The notes under the pieces: model-generated | Told to the model about the DNA's origin: nothing | Database searches by the model: none | Seen by the model: only the letters and a program-made list of their open reading frames with translations | Origin: a virus | Lineage: Duplodnaviria; Heunggongvirae; Uroviricota; Caudoviricetes | Virus record (IMG/VR): IMGVR_UViG_2850808358_000003 | Strand: one strand, 5' to 3' | Length of the DNA: 27,982 nucleotides | Made by a program: the position numbers and the translations under genes | Shown here: positions 7,212 to 21,066 of the stretch, in pieces | How positions within the stretch are numbered: position 1 is the first letter of the stretch | Layout of the letters: each line of letters begins with the position of its first letter

Positions 7212-8494
7212 TTTCCCGCGAGGTTGAAGCGGCATGGAAAGAGTTTGCCGAGGATGACTGCTGCTGCATTGACGTTGAGCGGAAACGCACGTTTACCATG
7301 ATGATTCGGGAAGGTGTGGCCATGCACGCCTTTAACGGTGAACTGTTCGTTCAGGCCACCTGGGATACCAGTCCCTCGCGACTGTTCCGGACACAGTTCC
7401 GGATGGTCAGCCCGAAGCGCATCAGCAACCCGAACAATACCGGCGACAGCCGGAACTGCCGTGCCGGTGTGCAGATTAATGACAGCGGTGCGGCGTTGGG
7501 ATATTACGTCAGCGAGGACGGCTATCCTGGCTGGATGCCGCAGAAATGGACATGGATACCCCGTGAGTTACCCGGCGGGCGCGCCTCGTTCATTCACGTT
7601 TTTGAACCCGTGGAGGACGGGCAGACCCGCGGTGCAAATGTGTTTTACAGCGTGATGGAGCAGATGAAGATGCTCGACACACTGCAGAACACGCAGCTGC
7701 AGAGCGCCATTGTGAAGGCGATGTATGTCGCCACCATTGAGAGTGAGCTGGATACGCAGTCAGCGATGGATTTTATTCTGGGCGCGAACAGTAAGGAGCA
7801 GCGGGACAAGCTGACCGGCTGGATTGGTGAAATTGCCGCGTATTACGCCGCAGCACCGGTCCGTCTGGGAGGCGCAAAAGTGCCGCACCTGATGCCGGGG
7901 GACTCACTGAACCTGCAGACGGCTCAGGACACGGATAACGGCTACTCCGTGTTTGAGCAGTCACTGTTGCGGTATATCGCTGCCGGGCTGGGTGTCTCGT
8001 ATGAGCAGCTTTCCCGGAATTACGCCCAGATGAGCTACTCCACGGCACGGGCCAGTGCGAACGAGTCGTGGGCGTACTTTATGGGGCGGCGAAAATTCGT
8101 CGCATCCCGTCAGGCGAGCCAGATGTTTCTGTGCTGGCTGGAAGAGGCCATCGTTCGCCGCGTGGTGACGTTACCTTCAAAAGCGCGTTTCAGCTTTCAG
8201 GAAGCCCGCAGCGCCTGGGGGAACTGTGACTGGATAGGCTCCGGTCGTATGGCCATCGATGGTCTGAAAGAAGTACAGGAAGCGGTGATGCTGATAGAAG
8301 CCGGACTGAGTACCTACGAGAAAGAGTGCGCAAAACGCGGTGACGACTATCAGGAAATTTTTGCCCAGCAGGTCCGTGAAACGATGGAGCGCCGTGCAGC
8401 CGGTCTTAAACCGCCCGCCTGGGCGGCTGCGGCATTTGAATCCGGACTGCGACAATCAACAGAGGAGGAGAAGAGTGACAGCAGAGCTGCGTAA
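7212..8494 (+). pseudogene. B: lambda portal protein B, lacking roughly the first 107 codons
   Basis: ORF 7166..8494 from residue ~16 onward matches recalled lambda gpB C-terminal ~426 aa; first 15 residues are IS-derived. Confidence 0.9.
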
Positions 8495-9794
8495 TCTCCC
8501 GCATATTGCCAGCATGGCTTTTAATGAGCCGCTGATGCTTGAACCCGCCTATGCGCGGGTTTTCTTTTGTGCGCTTGCAGGCCAGCTTGGGATCAGCCGC
8601 CTGACGGATGCGGTGTCCGGTGACAGCCTGACTGCCGGAGAGGCACCCGCGACGCTGGCGTTATCCGTTAATGATGACGGACCACGACAGGCCCGCAGTT
8701 ATCAGGTCATGAACGGCATCGCCGTGCTGCCGGTTTCCGGCACGCTGGTCAGCCGGACGCGGGCGCTGCAGCCGTATTCGGGGATGACCGGTTACAACGG
8801 CATTATCGCCCGTCTGCAACAGGCTGCCAGCGACCCGATGGTGGACGGCATTCTGCTGGATATGGACACGCCCGGCGGAATGGTGGCAGGGGCATTTGAC
8901 TGCGCTGACATCATCGCCCGTGTGCGTGACATAAAGCCGGTATGGGCGCTGGCCAATGACATGAACTGCAGCGCAGGTCAGCTGCTTGCCAGTGCCGCCT
9001 CCCGGCGTCTGGTCACGCAGACCGCCCGGACAGGCTCCATCGGCGTCATGATGGCTCACAGTAATTACGGTGCTGCGCTGGAGAAACAGGGCGTGGAAAT
9101 CACGCTGATTTACAGCGGCAGCCATAAGGTGGATGGCAACCCCTACAGCCATCTACCGGATGATGTCCGGGAAACACTGCAGTCCCGGATGGATGCAACC
9201 CGCCGGATGTTTGCACAGAAGGTGTCGGCATATACCGGCCTGTCCGTGCAGGCTGTGCTGGATACCGAGGCTGCAGTGTACAGCGGTCAGGAGGCCATTG
9301 ATGCCGGACTGGCTGATGAACTTGTTAACAGTACCGATGCGATCACCGTCATGCGTGATGCACTGGATGCACGTAAATCCCGTCTCTCAGGAGGGCGAAT
9401 GACCAAAGAGACTCAATCAACAACTGTTTCAGCCACTGCTTCGCAGGCTGACGTTACTGGCGTGGTGCAAGCGACGGAGGGCGAGAACGCCAGCGCTGCG
9501 CAGCCGGACGTGAACGCGCAGATCACCGCAGCGGTTGCGGCAGAAAACAGTCGCATTATGGGGATCCTCAACTGTGAGGAGGCTCACGGACGCGAAGAAC
9601 AGGCACGCGTGCTGGCCGAAACCCCTGGTATGACCGTGGAAACGGCCCGCCGCATTCTGGCAGCTGCACCACAGAGTGCACAGGCGCGCAGTGACACTGC
9701 GCTGGATCGTCTGATGCAGGGGGCACCGGCACCGCTGGCTGCAGGTAACCCGGCATCTGATGCCGTTAACGATTTGCTGAACACACCAGTGTAA
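8475..9794 (+). CDS. C: lambda C, prohead protease / minor capsid protein (S49 family); GTG start
   Basis: Translation from GTG at 8475 (VTAELRNLPHIASMAFNEPLMLEP...) matches recalled lambda gpC; start overlaps B stop. Confidence 0.9.
   Translation: MTAELRNLPHIASMAFNEPLMLEPAYARVFFCALAGQLGISRLTDAVSGDSLTAGEAPATLALSVNDDGPRQARSYQVMNGIAVLPVSGTLVSRTRALQPYSGMTGYNGIIARLQQAASDPMVDGILLDMDTPGGMVAGAFDCADIIARVRDIKPVWALANDMNCSAGQLLASAASRRLVTQTARTGSIGVMMAHSNYGAALEKQGVEITLIYSGSHKVDGNPYSHLPDDVRETLQSRMDATRRMFAQKVSAYTGLSVQAVLDTEAAVYSGQEAIDAGLADELVNSTDAITVMRDALDARKSRLSGGRMTKETQSTTVSATASQADVTGVVQATEGENASAAQPDVNAQITAAVAAENSRIMGILNCEEAHGREEQARVLAETPGMTVETARRILAAAPQSAQARSDTALDRLMQGAPAPLAAGNPASDAVNDLLNTPV
9189..9794 (+). 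CDS. Nu3: Nu3 scaffolding protein (in-frame internal start within C)
   Basis: In-frame ATG at 9189 (MDATRRMFAQ...) 606 nt before the C stop, as recalled for lambda Nu3. Confidence 0.6.
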   Translation: MDATRRMFAQKVSAYTGLSVQAVLDTEAAVYSGQEAIDAGLADELVNSTDAITVMRDALDARKSRLSGGRMTKETQSTTVSATASQADVTGVVQATEGENASAAQPDVNAQITAAVAAENSRIMGILNCEEAHGREEQARVLAETPGMTVETARRILAAAPQSAQARSDTALDRLMQGAPAPLAAGNPASDAVNDLLNTPV

Positions 9795-9803
9795 GGGATG
9801 TTT

Positions 9804-10136
9804 ATGACGAGCAAAGAAACCTTTACCCATTACCAGCCGCTGGGCAACAGTGACCCGGCTCATACCGCAACCGCGCCCGGCGGATTGAGTGCGAAAGCGC
9901 CTGCAATGACCCCGCTGATGCCGGACACCTCCACCCGTAAGCTGGTTGCGTGGGATGGCACCACCGACGGTGCTGCCGTTGGCATTCTTGCGGTTGCTGC
10001 TGACCAGACCAGCACCACGCTGACGTTCTACAAGTCCGGCACGTTCCGTTATGAGGATGTGCTCTGGCCGGAGGCTGCTAGCGATGAGACGAAAAAACGG
10101 ACCGCGTTTGCCGGAACGGCAATCAGCATCCTTTAA
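9804..10136 (+). CDS. D: lambda D head decoration protein
   Basis: [27 protein letters not shown]... matches lambda gpD. Confidence 0.9.
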   Translation: MTSKETFTHYQPLGNSDPAHTATAPGGLSAKAPAMTPLMPDTSTRKLVAWDGTTDGAAVGILAVAADQTSTTLTFYKSGTFRYEDVLWPEAASDETKKRTAFAGTAISIL

Positions 10137-10153
10137 CCTTACCCTTCATCACT

Positions 10154-10178
10154 AAAGGCCGCCTGTGCGGCTTTTTTT
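10154..10178 (+). terminator. D-E intergenic GC hairpin with T7 tract (terminator-like / mRNA structure)
   Basis: GCCGC-CTGT-GCGGC followed by TTTTTTT. Confidence 0.4.
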
Positions 10179-10191
10179 ACGGGATTTTTTT

Positions 10192-11217
10192 ATGTCGATG
10201 TACACAACCGCCCAGCTGCTGGCGGCAAATGAGCAGAAATTTAAGTTTGATCCGCTGTTTCTGCGTCTCTTTTTCCGTGAGAGCTATCCCTTCACCACGG
10301 AGAAAGTCTATCTCTCACAAATTCCGGGACTGGTAAACATGGCGCTGTACGTTTCGCCGATTGTTTCCGGTGAGGTTATCCGTTCCCGTGGCGGATCCAC
10401 CTCTGAATTTACACCGGGATATGTCAAGCCCAAGCATGAGGTGAATCCGCAGATGACCCTGCGTCGCCTGCCGGATGAAGATCCGCAGAATCTGGCGGAC
10501 CCGGCTTACCGCCGCCGTCGCATCATCCTGCAGAACATGCGAGACGAAGAGCTGGCCATTGCTCAGGTCGAAGAGATGCAGGCCGTTTCTGCCGTGCTCA
10601 AGGGCAAATACACCATGACCGGTGAAGCCTTCGATCCGGTTGAGGTGGATATGGGCCGCAGTGCGGCGAACAACATCACGCAGTCCGGCGGCACGGAGTG
10701 GAGCAAGCGTGACAAGTCCACGTATGACCCGACCGACGATATCGAAGCCTACGCGCTGAACGCCAGCGGCGTGGTGAATATCATCGTGTTTGACCCGAAA
10801 GGCTGGGCGCTGTTCCGTTCCTTCAAAGCCGTCAGGGAGAAGCTGGATACCCGTCGCGGCTCTCATTCCGAACTGGAGACAGCGGTAAAAGACCTGGGCA
10901 AAGCGGTGTCTTATAAGGGAATGTATGGCGATGTGGCCATCGTCGTGTATTCCGGACAGTACGTGGAAAACGGCGTCAAAAAGAACTTCCTGCCGGACAA
11001 CACGATGGTGCTGGGTAACACTCATGCACGCGGTCTGCGCTCCTATGGCTGTATTCAGGATGCGGATGCATTGAGTGAGGGTATTAATGCGTCTCCCCGT
11101 TATCCGAAAAACTGGAAGACATCCGGCGATCCGGCGCGAGAGTTCACCATGATTCAGTCAGCACCGCTGATGCTGCTGGCTGATCCTGATGAGTTCGTGG
11201 CCGTTCAACTGGCGTAA
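10192..11217 (+). CDS. E: lambda E major capsid protein
   Basis: MSMYTTAQLLAANEQKFKFDPLFLRLFF... matches lambda gpE. Confidence 0.95.
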   Translation: MSMYTTAQLLAANEQKFKFDPLFLRLFFRESYPFTTEKVYLSQIPGLVNMALYVSPIVSGEVIRSRGGSTSEFTPGYVKPKHEVNPQMTLRRLPDEDPQNLADPAYRRRRIILQNMRDEELAIAQVEEMQAVSAVLKGKYTMTGEAFDPVEVDMGRSAANNITQSGGTEWSKRDKSTYDPTDDIEAYALNASGVVNIIVFDPKGWALFRSFKAVREKLDTRRGSHSELETAVKDLGKAVSYKGMYGDVAIVVYSGQYVENGVKKNFLPDNTMVLGNTHARGLRSYGCIQDADALSEGINASPRYPKNWKTSGDPAREFTMIQSAPLMLLADPDEFVAVQLA

Positions 11218-11258
11218 TCATGGCCCTTCGGGGCCATTTTCTCTCTGTGGAGGAGTCC

Positions 11259-11654
11259 ATGACGAAAGATGAACTGATTGCCCGTCTTCAGGTGCTGGGT
11301 GAGCAACTGAACCGTGATGTCAGCCTGACGGGGACGAAAGAAGAACTGGCGCTCCGTGTGGCAGAGCTGGAAGAGGAGCTTGATGACACGGATGACGCAG
11401 CCGGTCAGGACACGTCTGTCAGCCCGGAAAATGCGCTGACCGGACATAAAAATGAGGTGGTATCAGAACAGACGGATACCGTGACTGATACGGCTGCTCT
11501 GGTCACGGTCGTGGCACTGGTGACGCTGCATACCGATGCACTTCACGCCACGCGGGATGAACCTGTGGCATTTGTGCTGCCGGGAACGGCGTTTCGTGTC
11601 TCTGCCGGTGTGGCAGCCGAAATGACAGAACGTGGCCTGGCCAGAATGCAATAA
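11259..11654 (+). CDS. FI: lambda FI DNA-packaging protein
   Basis: MTKDELIARLQVLGEQLNRDVSLTGTKEELALRVAEL... matches lambda gpFI. Confidence 0.85.
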   Translation: MTKDELIARLQVLGEQLNRDVSLTGTKEELALRVAELEEELDDTDDAAGQDTSVSPENALTGHKNEVVSEQTDTVTDTAALVTVVALVTLHTDALHATRDEPVAFVLPGTAFRVSAGVAAEMTERGLARMQ

Positions 11655-11665
11655 CGGGAGGCGCT

Positions 11666-12019
11666 GTGGCTGATTTCGATAACCTGTTCGATGCTGCCAT
11701 TGCCCGCGCCGATGAAACGATACGCGGGTACATGGGAACGTCAGCCACCATGACATCCGGTGAGCAGTCCGGCGCAGTAATACGTGGTGTTTTTGATGAC
11801 CCTGAAAATATCAGCTATGCCGGACAGGGCGTGCGCGTTGAAGGCTCCAGCCCGTCCCTGTTTGTCCGGACTGATGATGTGCGGCAACTGCGGCGTGGAG
11901 ACACGCTGACCATCGGTGAGGAAAACTTCTGGATAGACCGGGTTTCGCCGGATGATGGTGGAAGCTGTCATCTCTGGCTTGGGCGGGGCGTACCGCCTGC
12001 CGTTAACCGTCGCCGCTGA
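11666..12019 (+). CDS. FII: lambda FII head-tail joining protein; GTG start
   Basis: MADFDNLFDAAIARADETIRGYMG... matches lambda gpFII. Confidence 0.9.
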   Translation: MADFDNLFDAAIARADETIRGYMGTSATMTSGEQSGAVIRGVFDDPENISYAGQGVRVEGSSPSLFVRTDDVRQLRRGDTLTIGEENFWIDRVSPDDGGSCHLWLGRGVPPAVNRRR

Positions 12020-12030
12020 AAGGGGGATGT

Positions 12031-12579
12031 ATGGCCATAAAAGGTCTTGAGCAGGCCGTTGAAAACCTCAGCCGTATCAGCAAAACGGCGGTGCCTGGTG
12101 CCGCCGCAATGGCCATTAACCGCGTTGCTTCATCCGCGATATCGCAGTCGGCGTCACAGGTTGCCCGTGAGACAAAGGTACGCCGGAAACTGGTAAAGGA
12201 AAGGGCCAGGCTGAAAAGGGCCACGGTAAAAAATCCGCAGGCCAGAATCAAAGTTAACCGGGGGGATTTGCCCGTAATCAGGCTGGTTAACGCGCGGATT
12301 GTCCTGTCCCGACGCAGGCGTCGTAAAAAGGGGCAGCGTTCAGCCCTGAAAGGTGGCGGCAGCGTGCTTGTGGTGGGAAACCGTCGTATTCCCGGCGCGT
12401 TTATTCAGCAACTGAAAAATGGCCGGTGGCATGTCATGCAGCGTGTGGCCGGGAAAAACCGTTACCCCATTGATGTGGTGAAAATCCCGATGGCGGTGCC
12501 GCTGACCACGGCGTTTAAACAGAATATTGAGCGGATACGGCGTGAACGTCTTCCGAAAGCGCTGGACTATGCGCTGTAG
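12031..12579 (+). CDS. Z: lambda Z tail completion protein, ends at in-frame TAG 10 codons before the ancestral stop
   Basis: MAIKGLEQAVENLSRISKTAVPG... matches lambda gpZ; frame continues HQLRMVIKR to TGA at 12607..12609 overlapping the U start. Confidence 0.85.
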   Translation: MAIKGLEQAVENLSRISKTAVPGAAAMAINRVASSAISQSASQVARETKVRRKLVKERARLKRATVKNPQARIKVNRGDLPVIRLVNARIVLSRRRRRKKGQRSALKGGGSVLVVGNRRIPGAFIQQLKNGRWHVMQRVAGKNRYPIDVVKIPMAVPLTTAFKQNIERIRRERLPKALDYAL

Positions 12580-12605
12580 CATCAACTGAGGATGGTAATA
12601 AAGCG

Positions 12606-13001
12606 ATGAAACATACTGAACTCCGTGCAGCCGTACTGGATGCACTGGAGAAGCATGACACCGGGGCGACGTTTTTTGATGGTCGCCCCGCTGTTTTTGA
12701 TGAGGCGGATTTTCCGGCAGTTGCCGTTTATCTCACCGGCGCTGAATACACGGGCGAAGAGCTGGACAGCGATACCTGGCAGGCGGAGCTGCATATCGAA
12801 GTTTTCCTGCCTGCTCAGGTGTCGGATTCAGAGCTGGATGCGTGGATGGAGTCCCGGATTTATCCGGTGATGAGTGATATCCCGGCACTGTCAGATTTGA
12901 TCACCAGTATGGTGGCCAGCGGCTATGACTACCGGCGCGACGATGATGCGGGCCTGTGGAGTTCAGCCGATCTGACTTATGTCATTACCTATGAAATGTG
13001 A
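12606..13001 (+). CDS. U: lambda U tail terminator protein
   Basis: [26 protein letters not shown]... matches lambda gpU. Confidence 0.9.
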   Translation: MKHTELRAAVLDALEKHDTGATFFDGRPAVFDEADFPAVAVYLTGAEYTGEELDSDTWQAELHIEVFLPAQVSDSELDAWMESRIYPVMSDIPALSDLITSMVASGYDYRRDDDAGLWSSADLTYVITYEM

Positions 13002-13008
13002 GGACGAT

Positions 13009-13749
13009 ATGCCAACACCAAATCCTCTGGCACCGGTGAAAGGGGCCGGGACCACCCTGTGGGTTTATAACGGGAGCGGCGACCCTTATGCAAACCCGCT
13101 TTCAGACAATGACTGGTCGCGTCTGGCAAAGGTTAAAGACCTGACGCCCGGCGAACTGACCGCTGAGTCCTATGACGACAGTTATCTCGATGATGAAGAT
13201 GCGGACTGGGCCGCGACCGGACAGGGGCAGAAATCTGCCGGAGATACCAGCTTCACGCTGGCGTGGATGCCCGGAGAGCAGGGGCAGCAGGCGCTGCTGG
13301 CGTGGTTTAATGAAGGTGATACCCGTGCCTATAAAATCCGCTTCCCGAACGGCACGGTCGATGTGTTCCGCGGCTGGGTCAGCAGTATCGGTAAGGCGGT
13401 GACGGCGAAGGAAGTGATCACCCGCACGGTGAAAGTCACCAACGTGGGACGTCCGTCGATGGCAGAAGATCGCAGCACGGTAACAGCGGCAACCGGCATG
13501 ACCGTGACGCCTGCCAGCACCTCGGTGGTGAAAGGACAGAGCACTACGCTGACCGTGGCATTCCAGCCGGAAGGCGCAACCGACAAGAGCTTCCGTGCGG
13601 TGTCTGCGGATAAAACAAAAGCCACCGTGTCGGTCAGTGGTATGACCATCACCGTGAAAGGTGTTGCTGCAGGCAAGGTCAACATTCCGGTCGTATCCGG
13701 TAATGGTGAACTTGCTGCGGTTGCAGAAATCAACGTCACCGCCCGTTAA
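13009..13749 (+). CDS. V: lambda V major tail protein with C-terminal Ig-like domain
   Basis: [33 protein letters not shown]... matches lambda gpV. Confidence 0.9.
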   Translation: MPTPNPLAPVKGAGTTLWVYNGSGDPYANPLSDNDWSRLAKVKDLTPGELTAESYDDSYLDDEDADWAATGQGQKSAGDTSFTLAWMPGEQGQQALLAWFNEGDTRAYKIRFPNGTVDVFRGWVSSIGKAVTAKEVITRTVKVTNVGRPSMAEDRSTVTAATGMTVTPASTSVVKGQSTTLTVAFQPEGATDKSFRAVSADKTKATVSVSGMTITVKGVAAGKVNIPVVSGNGELAAVAEINVTAR

Positions 13750-13764
13750 TCCGGAGAGTCAGCG

Positions 13765-14188
13765 ATGTTCCTGAAAACCGAATCATTTGAACATAACGGT
13801 GTGACCGTCACGCTTTCTGAACTGTTAGCCCTGCAGCGTATTGAGCATCTTGCCTGGTTGAAAAGAGCAGGAAAAAAAGGCTGAATCCAGTGGCAACCTG
13901 CAGGTGTCTGTAGAGGAGCTTATCAGAGGCGGGGCGTTTCTGGTGGCGATGTCTCTGTGGCATAACCATCCACAGAAGACAAAGCTGCCGTCCATGAATG
14001 AAGCCATTACGCAGATTGAGCAGGAAGTGCTTACCACCTGGCCCACGGAGGCAATTGCTCAGGCTGAAAACGTGGTGTTACGTCTGTCCGGAATGTCTGA
14101 GTTTGTGGTGAATGATGCTCCTGAACAGACAGAGGACGCCGGGCCTGCAGAGCCTGTTTCTGCGGGAAAGTGTTCGACGGTGAGCTGA
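13765..14188 (+). pseudogene. G: lambda G tail assembly chaperone, disrupted by +1 frameshift in an A7 run
   Basis: Frame from ATG 13765 stops at 13882..13884 after MFLKTESFEHNGVTVTLSEL...; rest of G (ORF 13904..14188) is in the +1 frame; A7 at 13872..13878. Confidence 0.8.
14164..14170 (+). promoter_or_regulatory. programmed -1 ribosomal frameshift slippery heptamer G GGA AAG (G to G-T)
   Basis: GGGAAAG near the end of G, in phase with the G frame; T frame is the -1 frame. Confidence 0.75.
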
Positions 14189-14604
14189 GTTTTGCCCTGA
14201 AACTGGCGCGTGAGATGGGGCGACCCGACTGGCGTGCCATGCTTGCCGGGATGTCATCCACGGAGTATGCCGACTGGCACCGCTTTTACAGTACCCATTA
14301 TTTTCATGATGTTCTGCTGGATATGCACTTTTCCGGGCTGACATACACCGTCCTCAGCCTGTTTTTCAGCGATCCGGATATGCATCCGCTGGATTTCAGT
14401 CTGCTTAACCGGCGCGAGGCTGACGAAGAGCCTGAAGATGATGTGCTGATGCAGAAAGCGGCAGGGCTTGCCGGAGGCGTCCGCTTTGGCCCGGACGGGA
14501 ATGAAGTTATCCGCGCTTCCCCGGATGTGGCGGATATGACGGAGGATGACGTAATGCTGATGACAGTATCAGAAGGGATCGCAGGAGGAGTCCGGTATGG
14601 CTGA
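14170..14604 (+). CDS. T: T segment of the G-T tail assembly chaperone (no independent start; made by frameshifting)
   Basis: ORF 14170..14604 translation matches lambda gpT; stop overlaps H start. Confidence 0.75.
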   Translation: MFDGELSFALKLAREMGRPDWRAMLAGMSSTEYADWHRFYSTHYFHDVLLDMHFSGLTYTVLSLFFSDPDMHPLDFSLLNRREADEEPEDDVLMQKAAGLAGGVRFGPDGNEVIRASPDVADMTEDDVMLMTVSEGIAGGVRYG

Positions 14605-14837
14605 ACCGGTAGGCGATCTGGTCGTTGATTTGAGTCTGGATGCGGCCAGATTTGACGAGCAGATGGCCAGAGTCAGGCGTCATTTTTCCGGTACGGAAAG
14701 TGATGCGAAAAAAACAGCGGCAGTCGTTGAACAGTCGCTGAGCCGACAGGCGCTGGCTGCACAGAAAGCGGGGATTTCCGTCGGGCAGTATAAAGCCGCC
14801 ATGCGTATGCTGCCTGCGCAGTTCACCGACGTGGCCA
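14597..14837 (+). pseudogene. H: lambda H tape-measure protein, first ~80 codons only
   Basis: MAEPVGDLVVDLSLDAARFDEQMARVRRHF...AQFTDVAT matches lambda gpH N-terminus, then diverges into I sequence out of frame. Confidence 0.85.
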
Positions 14838-15440
14838 CGCATCTGCCTTTACGGGGATTTACAACGATTTGGCCGCCGCATCGACCTTCGTGTAAAAACG
14901 GGGGCTGAAGCCATCCGGGCGCTGTCCACACAGGTCCCGGCATTTCGTCAGAAACTGAGTGACGGCTGGTATCAGGTACGGATTGCCGGGCGTGATGCAG
15001 GTGAAACCGAATTGTCTGCCCGTCTTAATGAGCCGCTGGCAAATGGTGCCGTGATCCACATCGTGCCGCGTCTGGCGGGAGCTAAAAGCGGCGGTGTGCT
15101 TCAGGTGGTGCTGGGGGCGGCGCTGATTGCGGTGGCATGGTGGAACCCTGTGGGCTGGCTGGGTGCCGCGGCTGTATCGGGCATGTATGCGGCAGGGGCC
15201 AGTATGATCCTGGGCGGAGTGGCGCAGATGCTGGCACCGAAAGCCAGGACGCCCACGGCAGCAAGTACAGATAACGGCAAACAGAACACCTATTTCTCCT
15301 CACTGGATAACATGGTTGCCCAGGGCAATGTTCTGCCTGTTCTGTACGGTGAAATGCGCGTGGGGTCACGCGTGGTTTCTCAGGAGATCAGCACGGCAGA
15401 TGAAGGGGATGGTGGTCAGGTTGTGGTGATTGGTCGTTGA
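14838..15440 (+). pseudogene. I: lambda I tail assembly protein, 5'-truncated (from about codon 15) and joined to H'
   Basis: From ~14838 the frame reads RICLYGDLQRFGRRIDLRVKTGAEAIRAL... matching recalled lambda gpI; no start codon until TTG at 15012. Confidence 0.85.
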
Positions 15441-15458
15441 TGCAAAATGTTTTATGTG

Positions 15459-15479
15459 AAACCGCCTCCGGGCGGTTTT
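15459..15479 (+). terminator. I-J intergenic hairpin (terminator-like)
   Basis: AAACCGCC-TCCG-GGCGGTTTT. Confidence 0.35.
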
Positions 15480-15497
15480 GTCGTTTATGGAGCGTGA

Positions 15498-20336
<4,839 letters not shown>

Positions 20337-20354
20337 ATTTTATAACCCAGAACG

Positions 20355-20381
20355 GGCGTCAGAAATGACGCCTTTTTTATT
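20355..20381 (+). terminator. intrinsic terminator downstream of J
   Basis: GGCGTC-AGAAAT-GACGCC followed by TTTTTTATT. Confidence 0.65.
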
Positions 20382-20402
20382 GCAGAAAAGCGAGAGGTAA
20401 TT

Positions 20403-21002
20403 ATGCGTAAACTTTATGCCGCCATTTTGTCCGCAGCCATTTGTCTGGCCGTATCCGGTGCGCCTGCATGGGCGTCTGAACATCAGTCCACGCTGAGCGC
20501 GGGGTATCTTCATGCCCGGACGAACGTTCCCGGCAGCGATGATCTGAACGGGATTAACGTGAAATACCGTTATGAGTTTACGGACACACTGGGGATGGTG
20601 ACGTCTTTCAGCTATGCAGGAGACAAGAATCGCCAGCTGCCCCATTACAGCGATACCCGCTGGCATGAAGATTCCGTTCGTAACCGCTGGTTCAGCGTGA
20701 TGGCGGGGCCGTCTGTACGCGTGAATGAATGGTTCAGCGCGTATGCGATGGCAGGCGTGGCTTACAGCCGTGTGTCGACTTTCTCCGGGGATTATCTCCG
20801 CGTAACTGACAACAAGGGGAAAACGCACGATGTGCTGACCGGAAGTGATGACGGTCACCACAGCAACACGTCTCTGGCGTGGGGGGCTGGCGTGCAGTTT
20901 AACCCGACCGAATCCGTGGCCATTGATATTGCTTATGAAGGCTCCGGCAGTGGTGACTGGCGCACTGACGGTTTCATCGTGGGTGTCGGTTATAAATTCT
21001 GA
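20403..21002 (+). CDS. lom: Lom-like outer-membrane protein (Ail/Lom/PagC family), moron
   Basis: 199 aa with signal peptide; C-terminus [27 protein letters not shown] as in lambda Lom. Confidence 0.9.
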   Translation: MRKLYAAILSAAICLAVSGAPAWASEHQSTLSAGYLHARTNVPGSDDLNGINVKYRYEFTDTLGMVTSFSYAGDKNRQLPHYSDTRWHEDSVRNRWFSVMAGPSVRVNEWFSAYAMAGVAYSRVSTFSGDYLRVTDNKGKTHDVLTGSDDGHHSNTSLAWGAGVQFNPTESVAIDIAYEGSGSGDWRTDGFIVGVGYKF

Positions 21003-21029
21003 TTAGCCAGGTAACACAGTGTTATGACA

Positions 21030-21055
21030 GCCCGCCGGTTCAGGCGGGCTTTTTT
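21030..21055 (+). terminator. intrinsic terminator downstream of lom
   Basis: GCCCGCC-GGTTCA-GGCGGGC followed by TTTTTT. Confidence 0.65.
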
Positions 21056-21066
21056 GTGGGGTGAAT

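Noticed and set aside
8661-9863. Minus-strand ORFs of 163 and 144 aa inside C/Nu3
   Set aside because: Antisense to a confidently identified gene; GC-rich read-through artefacts.
10315-11025. 236-aa minus-strand ORF inside E
   Set aside because: Antisense to the major capsid gene, which matches lambda E end to end; no independent support.
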